Assembly (NCBI GenBank): GCA_000708835.1
Contig: DF237024.1
Span: 173,267 to 237,266 of the forward strand
DNA from: Klebsormidium nitens
Taxonomy: Eukaryota > Plantae > Klebsormidiophyceae
DNA length: 64,000 bases
Direction of reading: 5' to 3'
The translations under genes were made by a program, and so were the position numbers. Positions 47,813 to 60,349 of this stretch are shown piece after piece (position 1 is the first letter of the stretch; every line of letters starts with the position of its first letter). The notes under the pieces were generated by a model that had not been told where the DNA came from, made no database searches, and saw only the letters and a program-made list of their open reading frames with translations.

Positions 47813-50800
47813 GAGCTCATGCACATGATGTAGAGTCCTGAAATATGCTGAAACCTAACGAAGACGTGGGAGCTTCCGATTTGATGTGGCTTTTGAAAGG
47901 TCGTCCCTGTTGCTGCAATAGTTTGGAGGCGAGCTAGACATAACGGAGCAGGGGGTTTAGAAGAGCCAGGGACGAGTGGTGCAGCTAGAAACGCTGTGCC
48001 AAAGCTTACTGCAATAGCCAAGACTCCGCCAACCACAGTCAGGATTCCGGAAATGGCGATTCAGAGAGTAACAGAAGCTGGACGCGGTTTGTTCGGGGCC
48101 AGCGAAGTGCCGGAACGGGTGGTGGCTTTTGAAAAAGCCAGACGGTGCCTGTTGCGGAGCAAAATCATCCAGGGTAAAGAGTAAGAAGCACGAAACCGAG
48201 AGCAGATAATAAGAGGGGCGAACACGGCTCCCGCAACGAGGGCCCGGCAAGGAGGGGGGCAGCGGAATAGGGCGTATGAGGGGGGGCGGAAAATCCAGGT
48301 ACGTGTAAGAGAGACCCGGAAGTGATTGCAGGGTAGAGTGTGAGAGCCGTTAAGAACTTCGAAAATGAAGCGAGCTCTTGGAGCGAATCTTTGTCTATCA
48401 GCCTTGTCTTGCTCTATTGACCCTTTAGCAGGACCCTTTGTTGCCAGATCGATCACAATCTTTTCAGTTCCTTTCGACGCCCTCTGCCTTCTGATACGGT
48501 CTCATATGCCAGGTGTCTATCACGTGACGGATAATGAGAGAGCATCAGAGCTGCTCAGTGGTTGCTTCTTCAGCTCTGTGTTCGGTTTTACTGGACGAAC
48601 ACTGCTGGCTCAAGAGAGGATGCCAGCAGATATTCGTGGTTGATTGGTTCTTTAGGCACGTTTATTAAGTTAGTTGCAGCATGGTTCAGTGTGCCTCGTT
48701 TTGCTTCTGCACTTTGCTGTTGGAACAACCGACCGGCTCGCGTCTCTTCGACCACTTGTCCAACCATCAGTTCGACACTAAAACAACCCGGACGTTCTTC
48801 TTCCTCAGACGAGCAGGAACACAGACTTGACGAGATCAACATCATAGCGCAAACCTGGGGACAGAGCTTGGAGCGCGAAAAGAATTGCCTCGCAAGCAGA
48901 CACGTGGCAGCTCGGGGCGACGACGCTGGGATAGATAGAAGCTTTGGAAGAGGTAAGGTCCCGACCAGTTCTTGTTCGGAGAACGTACGAGTTCCCCTGT
49001 CTGTCTCTTTGTCCCTGATCATGCGGAGCCTCAAGAAAGGGTGGAAAACAGAGTGAGATGGTCAATCCCTATGCATCAAGCATCGTGCTTCGAAGCTTGG
49101 AAGTAGTCCGATTCAAACCACTCAGTCGCCTGCTCGCTTGCCTCTTTGCCGTGTGCAAGTGGCCTTGGAAGAGGAGCCTGTCGATATTCGTCGGGGCGTT
49201 GATAAAGCAAAGCGCCGACAATCAGCCGTTCTCATCTGTTGCCGCAACCAAAGGGCGCCCGCCCGTTGCTTTGCTTGGCAGCGGTTTTGATTGGGTCTCG
49301 AGTCCAATCACGAGAACCGGCTTCAAAGCTCACGAGTCAATCGGCGGTGCAATTCATTTTTCAGGGCGAGAAGCATGAGCGACGACACCGATGCATCCTG
49401 CCACCGGGAAGATGAGGCGACCACAACGCGGCCACGCTCGCTTACGGGTCGCCGAGACACGACGTCCATTCACAACGTTCGAGAGGGCCGGTGCTGCTTG
49501 GGCAAGTAGGTTTCTGTTCATGATTCAGTATTTTGCGGTATTTACTGCCGGAGGCTGGCCAAGGCTGTAAGTATGATGTGGCTGATCCTGCAGAGGACTG
49601 CAATCGACGTCGTAGTACGGATGGGCGTGTCCATCTTCGTGGAAAGTGCCGTCGACGTTTTGCGTTTTGTGCTTTGAGAGACCGGGCCTTATAAGGCAAT
49701 AGGCATACAATTAGACTTGGAGGATGTTCCAGCCCCGCAGAATGTCCCTCAGAGTTAGAGGTCCGTACACGCCGGCCCTTGAAGTCTGCGGCTCAAAAGT
49801 GATGCCGCCTCGGTTCCCCTCCTCGGGCGGACTCAGCGCTGAAACTGGCCTAGCCCGTGATCCACGGCCAGCGATCGGAACCCCTCATGCATCTTGTATC
49901 CGGCATTCGAGAAACACTTTTGGGGCTTCCTGTGTTTCAGTACCTTAAACCGGCTTGTAGTCGCGTGGGGCTTCGACACATGTAAGGTACAGAACGTGTA
50001 AGTCCATCGTCCGTTTCATCTCTGGTTCCGATCACAGCGCGCCTCACCAGCAATCGGACTTTCTCCAGGTCGGACTCTCGAGGGCTGCGAATCCGGCTCG
50101 GGTCATGATATCGGCGGGAGGGGTGGAGGGGCGAAAGTGCACGAGAACGGAATCTGCACTCGTTTCGCTGCAAGCTTAGGACTCCGGTCCTGCAGCGCTT
50201 TGCGCAGGCGGAAGCCGGTTTGAGAGGCGGAATGCGGCCGGAAGGCGCGAAAGCGAGGTGAGCAATCTCTTAAAAAGAGCGCCAACTCTACGAAGCGACC
50301 CTGTCTCGGAGCAAGGTTCTCTCAAGGGTACGGTTTGTGGGGACCGCACTGGCTCTGGTCGCAATCCTCCGCCGTGATCGTTTTGTTTTCCGTATCTTTA
50401 CTCTCGCTCTTTCCTTTTGCGACTCTTGACTTTGATGTCACACACTGACCGGGCAAAAGCGCAGGCAAATTAAAGGTTCTGGACACCTCCGAATGGGAAG
50501 AGAGAGCCGAGCGGAAAAGATCTGGCCGTTGACCTTTTTAGATTGCTTTGAAACCTGTGCCGACTGATTGCCATGTAGAGAGGGTGCTCATTGAAATGTT
50601 TGCAAACTGCTGCGCGGACTTCCCATTCGAGACGGGCCGTTTTTCCCCCATGTCAAACCGTAAACTGTAGTGCCCAGGGCTCTTGAATTGGAAACAGTTT
50701 CTGTGTAGGCCCATTTCGGATTGTTCTGACTTTGTATTGGTCACACCCAGACGACGACTGAGTTCGTAGCATCTGACGGCAGCATCAGTGATTTGCATAC

Positions 50801-53605
50801 GAGGCAACCACAGCATATTGTCCTGGTACATCTACCGCTTCGGCTAGCACTTCGGGTTCTCAGATAGTGCGGCGCTCGTGGCAACAGGTGTGGCCAGCTT
50901 GATCTTGTCGTGATGATCTACGTTAACGTTATGACCTACATACGTTGGGCTCTCTCTGCAGGGCGCGTTACATCGTCATGCACACGATTCCACCCGTGCG
51001 TATGCAGCTTCGGCCCCCAACACCAGACCCACGTGGCGCCACTTTGACGCAGCATGTCGCAGGTTTTGGAGCTCAGTAAGTGGGCGTCCTCTTGCTCAAG
51101 TTGAAATACTGGCCTACAGAATGCCAATGGTATCTTGTCTGGGCGGTAAGCCTGTTGACGTTTTGGAGCTTTTGTGTTATTTGGGTTGCGTCATTTCGTC
51201 TGCGAAACCTTTTGGCAGAGATTATTGGGAGGTCTAGCTTGCACTCGTTTTTGATTATAACAACATGAATCGTCCTCTGACGGTAAGGTGACTCATATAA
51301 TCTGTGAAGCGTGACGATTAACTATCTGGCAACTTCGACGTCGGTGGCTTCCGTCGATTGTGACGAGTACAACAACACAAAGGCTCCGCGCTCTGAAGTT
51401 CAACGATTTTTATATCCCAACAATCCGAACTGGCGGTCAAAATCACCCGTCCGAGTCTGTGCTGGTACAAGCCATTCTACGTACCTTCGAGGTTGCAAAT
51501 CTGTATCAAACAGGATTGTTAAGAAGCTTTATTCCCTAACCAGCTCCTTGACTGTTGTAGAACCCGGTGCTTTCCTTGCATCCCCGACCAGACCTCCGGT
51601 TCTACAGTTTGTACGCTCCACAGTATCCGGGTCGTAGCATCTTGGGAGCTTTGTCCGACTCCCAATCCGAACATGAATCCGAAGTATGAGTCATTGTTCC
51701 GAATCCAATTTCTCACCCAAGTCTGATTACCAAACTGCTTTTGTTCAGGCACGGGGCGGCGCCACTGGCGGCTCCGCCCGGGGTGACTCCCCGGTTGGCG
51801 ACAGCTGCGCTCACCCGTTTGGTCGGCTTGGGACGCGACCCTTACCGACCTCAGAGCAGCAGACGGGGGCGGGGCGAGATCCCCCACAAGGGCGCCGCCC
51901 GGGAAGCTCGACGGACATTGGGGCTCACGTCAGCAGGGACGTCAGCAGCCACCTCAGCCTGACGTCTTGGTGGGAGGCTCTGAGGCACGGGGTCTCGGTC
52001 GAACAGGGACCGAGGGCGCGGCGCGAAGCGATGCTGTCGAGAGATATGACGCGTAGGGGAAGCTTGGCCTGGAGTAGTTCCCTGGATAGGACACGTGGCA
52101 ATGACTTTGGCGGTTGCGAGAGGTGAGGCCCACGTGGCGCTCTGGGATTGAAGATTTGGAGGAGCGAAAATGACTTGGAAGGCGGCGGTAATTGACTAGC
52201 ACGAGAAGCGCAGGACAGGTTTGGTTGATAAACTGACGTCAAGCTTTGTCAATGTCTAGACTGGTTATAATATCTTGCTAAAGGTGGAGAATTTAAAGCA
52301 CTCGTCTTCGTTGAAGTCTGGTTCGAGCATGTACGCTGTTTTTTAACACCGTCTCCGCTTGCTCGGGGCGTTTTTGGGGGCATTTCGAAGATCCAATACC
52401 GTCTTTGAATGCATCCATATTATCCCAACCCGCTAATGTACAAAAGCAGATGAGATGTAACAGACGTGTCCTCGGTAGAGAGTACTTCACATCAACGCTG
52501 AAGCCAAGCTCGCTCTCACGGCGTCGTCCCAGATCATTTGGGTGCCGTGAAAGAAGTTTCCAAAGCAAGAATGCAGGCTACCTTGCGTTTGAAGACCATC
52601 AGCGCTTCCATTTGCGGACCCCTGAGCGGTTTATTTGCTGTTCCGGATCAGTCCCTGAGGCGGACTCCTTCTTGTACTGGCACCCATGCAGTCTGTAAAC
52701 TTCTTTCTTGCAGGTCGCCCATGTTACAAGCTGCCGCGCACGGGGCAATAGAACCGCGATAGCTACAGAAGCTGTTGACGTTTTTGAGATCTGTTGACTT
52801 CCGGCCTCAAAACAGTAAGAATATGTCTGCGAAGCGGGCTGTAGAAGTTCGCCCCGAGCATGTGTATGTACGCTTATAAGAGACTGATTATGGAGCCAGA
52901 GCCCTAGCTAATGCGTTCCTGAAGTATTATATAGCCTTGAGCCTTCTGTGCACAATGTAACCTGGACCATTGGAACTGCTTGCATGTTGGAACATGAACG
53001 GGCGAACTACGGCATGACCGAACAACAGAGGGATCTTGAACTCCTTTTGGATTGAAGGTTTCAGCGTCAAGCACGTACTTTAGCATTAGATGGAGCTTTG
53101 ATTAGCTATATACAAATATAGCATCAGCTTTAGTTTGAGATTGACCCGGGCAGTACGTCCGACCCATGCCCACGCCCCGCTAGCTGACGGTACGCATGAA
53201 AATTTGAAAGCTAGCGTGGGTCGATCGAGTCCGCCGTATACTGCCACTACATTATGATGGTTTCTTTCGGTATAGCCCCATAGCCCAGAGGGCGAAGAAA
53301 TAGTGTACATGTGGTTGGACGGATTTATCTACGGGTCCTCACCTAACGATCAAGCGTTCGATTCCTAGCAACAGCACCAACGTCAATTCATTGAACCATC
53401 GCCTATCAACTTTTTTATGACGTGCATGTTCAATGTATATATGAAGTTCTATATTGCTGAGAATCTGCACTAATCGCGTCAACGGGAGGGGAGGAAGAGG
53501 GCCTCCTACCCATGTACTATAGGGGGTGCTTCCGAAGAAGTCACAACCGGGCCGACTAAGTCAAAAGTACTGGCTCCCCCTCCACTCGTGATCAGCGGGA
53601 AGTTA

Positions 53606-53916
53606 ACATGGAGTTGGCATGGAGTAGTACAAGAAGATAGATTGTGCCAAGTCTGTAAGTGCAATCAAGTTGAGGACGAGGCTCACTTTTTGTTTCATTG
53701 TGAGGCATATCGAGATTTAAGGCTCCAATATAGACACCTTTTTCAAGCTAATGCTAGCCAGAACTTAGGAGACTTTCTCAATTTCAGAGAACAACTCTCC
53801 GTTGCTAAGTACATTCAATTGAGCACAAAGAGGAGGACAACAATAGTAGGCTAGCTTTGATAGGATAGTCCACTAGGCCAGTCGTGGCCCCGAACGGACT
53901 GTAAACAATCAATCAA
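53606..53916 (+). mobile_element. 5'-truncated non-LTR retrotransposon (LINE) 3' end
   Basis: DRLCQVCKCNQVEDEAHFLFHCEAYRDLR is the CxxC...EDExHxxxxC zinc-binding C-terminus typical of LINE ORF2. It is followed by a stop, a short 3' UTR with hairpin GGCCA-GTCG-TGGCC and a (CAAT)n-type tail at 53906-53916. Confidence 0.75.
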
Positions 53917-54100
53917 ACTAGGGGAGTTGACTACGGGCTAGGTCAGGGGCCGGCTGCTTGCTGAAGTCTTGGAGTGCTTGTTTTGCGCGCCACCAGTGCA
54001 TTGAGGGGCTGTAAGACAAATACATAGAAACAAAACATGCATTCGATTGTGTGCGCATGTACTATATTACAGCCAGACCATATATTGCACTGCTCATGAC

Positions 54101-54588
54101 AAGGGCTTTTGGGTTTACATTACGGTCTGATTACGGTCGCCGTAATTACTGTCGTAATTACGCCGTAGTTACGGTTGACCCCGTGTAACGCATTAAAATT
54201 ACGGTCGTTTCCTTACGGTGTCATGACGGTCTGAATTTTGCTTCACTAGTGGTAAGACGTAATTGTAAAGCGTAAAGCAAACTTTTGTCCGGTTAGAGCT
54301 CGGTTGTTGGAATCTCCTTTTACCAATATTATGCTTTTTAATCAATATTCCTGTAATCTGCACATATATTCTGTTGCGTTATGGCGGGATATGATACACA
54401 TTTGCCGTATATATGTTTTTTTTTCACTTGCGGTAATGCCTGTTAATAGTTGCCCTTTGCGTTACGTTTTCTTTGCTTTACCAGATTGGAGCTCAGACCG
54501 TAAAATGACGGCGTACCGTAAAGCAACCGTAATTTACGCCGTATTACATGACGGTCAGCCTCTGTTACGCCGTAAACCAAAACCCCTA
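54101..54588. mobile_element. hAT-like non-autonomous element (MITE) with subterminal TTACGG/CCGTAA repeats
   Basis: Imperfect TIRs (A/T)AGGG(C/G)TTTT(G)GGTTTAC. TTACGG-type motifs cluster at the left end (54120-54230) and CCGTAA-type motifs at the right end (54497-54575). No clean 8-bp TSD; a (CGGAGT)4 array abuts the right end. Confidence 0.6.
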
Positions 54589-54706
54589 CTCGGAGTCGGA
54601 GTCGGAGTCGGAGTCATGACTCAGTTCTCACCACGCCTTGAGTCCGTTGCAAGAACGTACCGTTAAAAACTCCTCGAGGGTCCATAGTGCATGGATAGTG
54701 CATGGA

Positions 54707-54760
54707 CTCATCGCCGCAGAGTTGATCCGATAACTCATCGCCGCAGAGTTGATCCGATAA
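54707..54760. repeat. 27-bp perfect tandem duplication
   Basis: actcatcgccgcagagttgatccgata occurs twice, preceded by an 11-bp gcatggatagt repeat. Confidence 0.8.
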
Positions 54761-57700
54761 CCTTCCCAAGTCGTTGCATGAAATATGCATATGACCGCGT
54801 ACGTCCAGGCTCGAGACGATTCGCGAATCGGGCGCGCGCGCCTGCTTTAAGCCTAGCGAACTTAAGTTAGAAGGCTCGTCACTTAGTCCAGACACTGGCA
54901 TATCGATCTCATATGCACTGACATGTCTCGTTGAAAACTAGAAATTGCCGCGATTGATACGTCATGAGCGGCTCATGACCATGACCGTTGCAAAGCTAGC
55001 TGAGCCCGGTAATTACATACAGCCTGTGCTTTTCCGAACGATATTCTTCGTGCATATAAGCAATGTGCAATTGATCAAACAATCGAGCGCGGCACAATTA
55101 ACATCATAGCCGTGACAACGGCGCTCTGACAGTTGCACTGCCACTGCGCAAGAACGACAGGCTTTTAGGTAAGATAAAGCGCAGTTCGAAGTAAGTAGCC
55201 TGCTTGTAGGACGTATCACACATGACGTTACAGTAAATCCTCATCGTTGACCATGCGGACCTCGAGACATGATCCCATTACTGCATGCAAAGTTAATGAC
55301 TGGCTGCCGGGTCCTTCTGCGGTCAGTCCGCAGGATCACACTCGATAATACCGCTTTTGAAACTCAAGAGCTAACCGAATGGCTTGATCGAGAAAGACTT
55401 TCCGGTGCAGTTCCGCTGAATTTTGCAGGGAATCATCCACGATCTTCTATTATGACGAGATGACGAATGTCCAGACACGCCCAATCAAATTCCTGTTCTT
55501 GAGAAGGTGCACACTGACTAATAAACTCCGCGGATTTTGACAGCCGGCAGTGCCGACGGTTCCCACCTCGATATATTTTATGGACGACTCCTGCTTCTTT
55601 GCGACAAGAGGGCTTTGTCAGGCCGTCCACAGGAAAGTTTAACTGAGGCTTCCGTATCAGTCCCGCAATCCTGCAAGTATTGAAAGGAGGCTTCCATGAA
55701 TATGGTGCTGTCGAATTGACAGGAATGAAGGGGTTGGAAAGATCGGCGGTCGCCAGAACTCCATACCAAAGGATTGAGATGGACACATTGGACAATTGGG
55801 CAAGGTCAAGAGCTCTATAATTTTCGGTGCACATTGTTGGTGTTCCGACTCATACCAACGATGATTAACATTCCATTAACGGTAGCCCACACAAACGTTG
55901 GAAGAAGAGCTGCCAATGAAGGTAACCATGTCGAGGGCTGAGTTGCGTAGTTCCGTGACGCTCTGTATTGGCGCCAGTTCTCCGTCGGAGAAAGAGCGCA
56001 AAACGAAACCCACGGAAGCAGATCAGAAAGCGTTCCGGGTCAGCATTCCGTCCGCCACGACGCTCGTCTGGAAACGGAGTGCCGGAATGGCAAATTGAGA
56101 CCTTCGCAACCGGAAGAAGAGGGCCCCCGGTGCTGAATTTGAATGGCTTCGGGGTCCGTCTTGAAGGCCCACTGACATAGGCACAGGACAGACTTCAGCA
56201 CGACCATTCTGACGTCATCGATTCGGTTGATATCGGTCCGGTTCGCGGAACGGCTCACCTGGAGAGTTGCGTTTGAACGGTGAGGATGGGCCAGACCCGC
56301 AGTCTCCGAGGGCGATGTTTTAGAGACCGACCTGTATCTTTCCAACAAACGAAGATACGGTCCGCCTGACACCCTGCACGTGAAAGCCTCGATATCAGTG
56401 CGTAGCGGCCTCTCTTCCTGTCTAGTTAGACGCAATCACGCTTGAAGAGGGCCCGAACATTAGTACCACTGACTGTCACAATGAATCATTTGACTTGAGC
56501 AGGTATCATGCTACCAAGAGCTTCGCCAAACGAGTCATATCTGCGCAGGCTGTCAACGTCACCGCATCAGCATTTCTTATCACAAATATGCTAGCAACCA
56601 GAAGATTGACACCTGGAAAGAGCTGCGTGCAGGCAACTGATTATGGCAGTGCACCAACAGAAAACCTCGAGGGAAGGCCTTGAGTTCGATGAAGCGCATG
56701 GTGCTTCTAAGATTGCCAGCGGTCTTGCGACTTTGTTCGTCTGGCATGCTCCTCAAAATCAGCCAACTAGAGACGTGGACAGGATCGTAGCGGATCTTAC
56801 AATGGATTTGACGCTCAAGATCAAACTTTAAACGGTTGTTTCGCGCCCTGTTGGTCCTCCGCAGCCCCGTCCCTTTCAAAGCTACGAGCGCCTTTGCCAC
56901 CCTCCGAGTTCCTGACAGAAAGAACGGATGACGTTAAATTCAATGCTTTGAGCTTGCCTTTCATCTGCGGTCATGCGCGTGCAGATGTGGACTCTGATCA
57001 TGCGCGTCGCCCAAACAATGAGAAGCCGAAGACGCCTCTTGTCAAGCGGACTGAAATACCTTGGTTGAAGAGTGTCGGTTGAAAACTCTCAGTTGAGCTT
57101 AGTGCATCCACTCTCCTACTCGGGCCTTTGAACAGCTACCAAGTGGCCTGACCACGTCCTGCTTATGTTGCAAATCGCAAGGGGTGTTGGCATCAAAAAA
57201 ACTTTTGCCAGGTAATTCGCAATCTGCTCATCGGCAGGGGGGGAAAGTTTCGAGAAGCCCGTACGTTGTGTCGAACGAAATTCCCAGAAGTCTTACACAC
57301 AAAGCTTTCTGGGATCAGCATTACGACGATCAAAACGTAGCCGAAACAAGACTTGTAATAGAGAAAGGGCAGGCAAATGAAGTAACAACTGGAGGGACAC
57401 CCAAAGGCAGCATTCGGACCTCCTTGATTGGGGCTGTCAGTCGACGGCTGCTTCTCTCGCCTGGTCAAAGGGGCGTGTTTCGGACACATCACAGGGCAGC
57501 TCCATTGAAGCGTTTGGGGCTCGATTGTCTCCACGGAAGCTGTGCAATCCTTGAGCTTCTTTCAGTCGCAGAGGTCCGTGTCGCTTTCTCGTCGCTTCCC
57601 GACTTACGGCCGATGCGTTGCAAGATTGCGCTGGATGCCTTGTTTCTCAGAGCAACAATTCATTCAGCTGCCACCCTCTCATAAGTATCCGATACAATCG

Positions 57701-57822
57701 CCACGTGTCATCTCCAGGATTTTAGAAAAGCTTGGCCGCGGAAGGGACCCACCTTCCGATCATCGCCGGGCAGCTCTTACGGCCCTGCTCTGCAACCTCC
57801 TCTGTACTGCACACAAGCGCAT

Positions 57823-57842
57823 TGACGTCGCTGCTGACGTCA
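57823..57842 (+). promoter_or_regulatory. as-1/ocs-type element (copy B)
   Basis: TGACGTCG-ctgc-TGACGTCA has the same spacer and homologous position as copy A. Confidence 0.55.
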
Positions 57843-60349
57843 GCTAGGCTGCCGGCGCTCCGTCCGTATGACACGTGGCTGCCCGCTGTCGGAGCGGGCC
57901 GCCTGTTGCCACGTCCACTGAAAGAATGTTATAAGCAATCAGACGAGCAGAGCTTGTACCGCGCCATATTGTACTTAAAGACTTTCCATGTGAGTTCGTT
58001 AGCGTGGGGTTGTGTTTCCATATTCATCGACGCGTTTACAGTACGGAGTGGCTACTAAATGTCAAAGTCGGAGCCACCAGCCGGAAAGCATTCAAATTCG
58101 GAAAAGGAAGCGTAAGAGGTACAATAACAACCCGACGAGACGCCCGGTTTTACACAGAAACCGCCGCGCTGCTCGTTCCGGCACCTCTGAGCTGCACCTT
58201 TTGGAAGCTTTGCTCTTAAGTTATCGACAAATCTTGACGGAGAGAGCTTTGTACCTCGAAACAAGAATTTCGCTGGCATTTGTAAGCCCAGGCGGATTGC
58301 ACGTTTTAGCGGGCAGAAAACGTCAGAGGCTCAGCTCGGAACAGTGTGATTGATGTTGCAAGTACTGACGTTGCTGGCTTCAAGTTGTATACAGCCAGCA
58401 TGCGGCGACCACTTCCAGCGAGACCCGAAGTGCCGAACCTAGCTATTTGCAGATGCGCACAGTTATCAAAAAATAAAGCCAGAGCCAGAGAGAAAATCAG
58501 TTCTTTAATCCGAATCGACGGTGATCGGCTTGACATCGATCGCTCTCACAAATCAGTGGTCAAGTCCTTTCGGTCGGTCTTCCGCTTCATTTCCATCTCA
58601 AATTATGTCAATCAGAGAACCTAACCATGAAACGTGAATGCTCACCACTGAGTCGGCTCACAGTGTGAGTCTCCGTCAACGATGCAGTCCGTGCTTCCAA
58701 GTGCAGCTTCCGGCGACCCCTTCTCCGGGCGTGCCAGTTCGTGGTCGCCGGACTTGTGGAGGGACGCTGCAAAAGGAAGTTCCCTCTCGGCGGCTCTGCA
58801 CACCCTGCACACCCTGGCCTCTGAACGAGAAAGAGCAGGGAAGGCACTGCAAAGCGCAAAGAAGGGGTCGTACTATTTTGGTGAAATGACGTCTTTCTCG
58901 GGTGATTGATCAAGGCTGAGCATCCCTAGCGACTTCTCATGGCTTCGCTACGAGCAGCGCTTTCTTTACAAGCAGACGGTTAAATCAGCTACAGAGTTCA
59001 ATATCCCTCAACCGACTTTCGAACCCGGACCAGTCATTTCGATGGCCAGACACAAAATGCCCAGGGTTCGAGGACTGCCGCTTTGGTCGCGGAAAGTTCG
59101 AGGAGAGACACTCTGGACTCGGTTCTCATTTGGACGAATCTTGGGCCGACTCAGCCACAAACGGACCCCGAACGGACAAAGCCACAACAGCAGTTTGTAT
59201 CTTGTCGCATTTTGCCAAAGCCCTTCCTTTTCATCTTAGTACGGAAGAAATAACATGACCACCTAAACAAACAGCTTGTAGACCTACCGGTTCAGCGGCT
59301 TCCCTTGTGACCCAAACTTTGTTGGCCCTGATCTGCCACCATGTCTGCTCCCAGATTGTCCTTCTGACCTGGCCCCTCCGAAGCCGACGTCGTACAGCTA
59401 CGTCAGCCCCGCAGCTGCACCATCCCCTCCGGTGTGTCTGCTGCGGGTCCCTTTCACTTCCTGGTAGGAGAAGGACCACAATCGTATCCGACTAGAAAAA
59501 TCAAGGGAGTCGACGCAAGGTGCCCCCGATTCGGTGTGCTCTGTTCGATACCCTTTGCTAAATCGAAACGAACTTGGGCAGGTTCTCCCTCAAAAGATAA
59601 AAGTCAGGGTTGGTTCGACAACACAAGCGGGAGAGGAGATGCTCGCCCAAAGGAGGGACGTCAACGAGGATGGACGAAGCAACACAGAGAAGCACCCTGT
59701 TTCTACGTATTATGCTGACCGTCAACTCGTCAGTGCACGCCCGCTGACAATGAGGCAATGAACGGCCTTCTCATGGATTGATTGAGTCAAGAAGCAAATT
59801 CCGTATCGATTTAGGTAGCGTCAATCATATCAGAGCGTGCCAGATTTAGCAGCGATAAACGCTGAAGGAGGCAGAAGCGATAACCACTGGAGGAGGCAGC
59901 CCTGCACGAATCCTTTCCTTATCACATGGCGATCGTAGCCCGAGGCACGGCATCGATGCACTATCTTAGAAGAGCAACAGGCGGCAAAGACGGACTTTCA
60001 GGATAGGGTGCAGATCGAAGGCCGCGAAAATGATAGATCGACAAAACGGCAGGCACGACTATTCCACTCGAGGCTAGGAAGACAGGTAACTGAAAAATTG
60101 TCAGAAACACCCTTAGACCAAAGGGCAAAGATGCCGCAAGCTCAATATAGACACGCACCTGAGCCTATATGCCCCTCTGGCGTACCCAGCTTTCGGTTGG
60201 CCGTTCGCTCTCACTTTCGTCTGCTGTGTGAGGGGTCACCTTTCCAGCCGCAGTGCTCCAAAACTCGTTCCGTTGCTTCCACCCCCAGCCCGCCCCCCGA
60301 CCCCGGCCCCCGCCCCTCCGCTTTTCCTTCGAGTCTTCAGACCTTCCGC

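Noticed and set aside
47950-52250. Many 60-165 aa ORFs and a GC-rich patch at 51740-52200
   Set aside because: No recognisable motif, consistent splice structure or paralog. A hidden gene cannot be excluded but is not supportable.
53255-53380. tRNA/SINE-like sequence containing GTTCGATTCC and ending CACCA
   Set aside because: No cloverleaf or A box could be folded, and a B-box-like word alone is insufficient.
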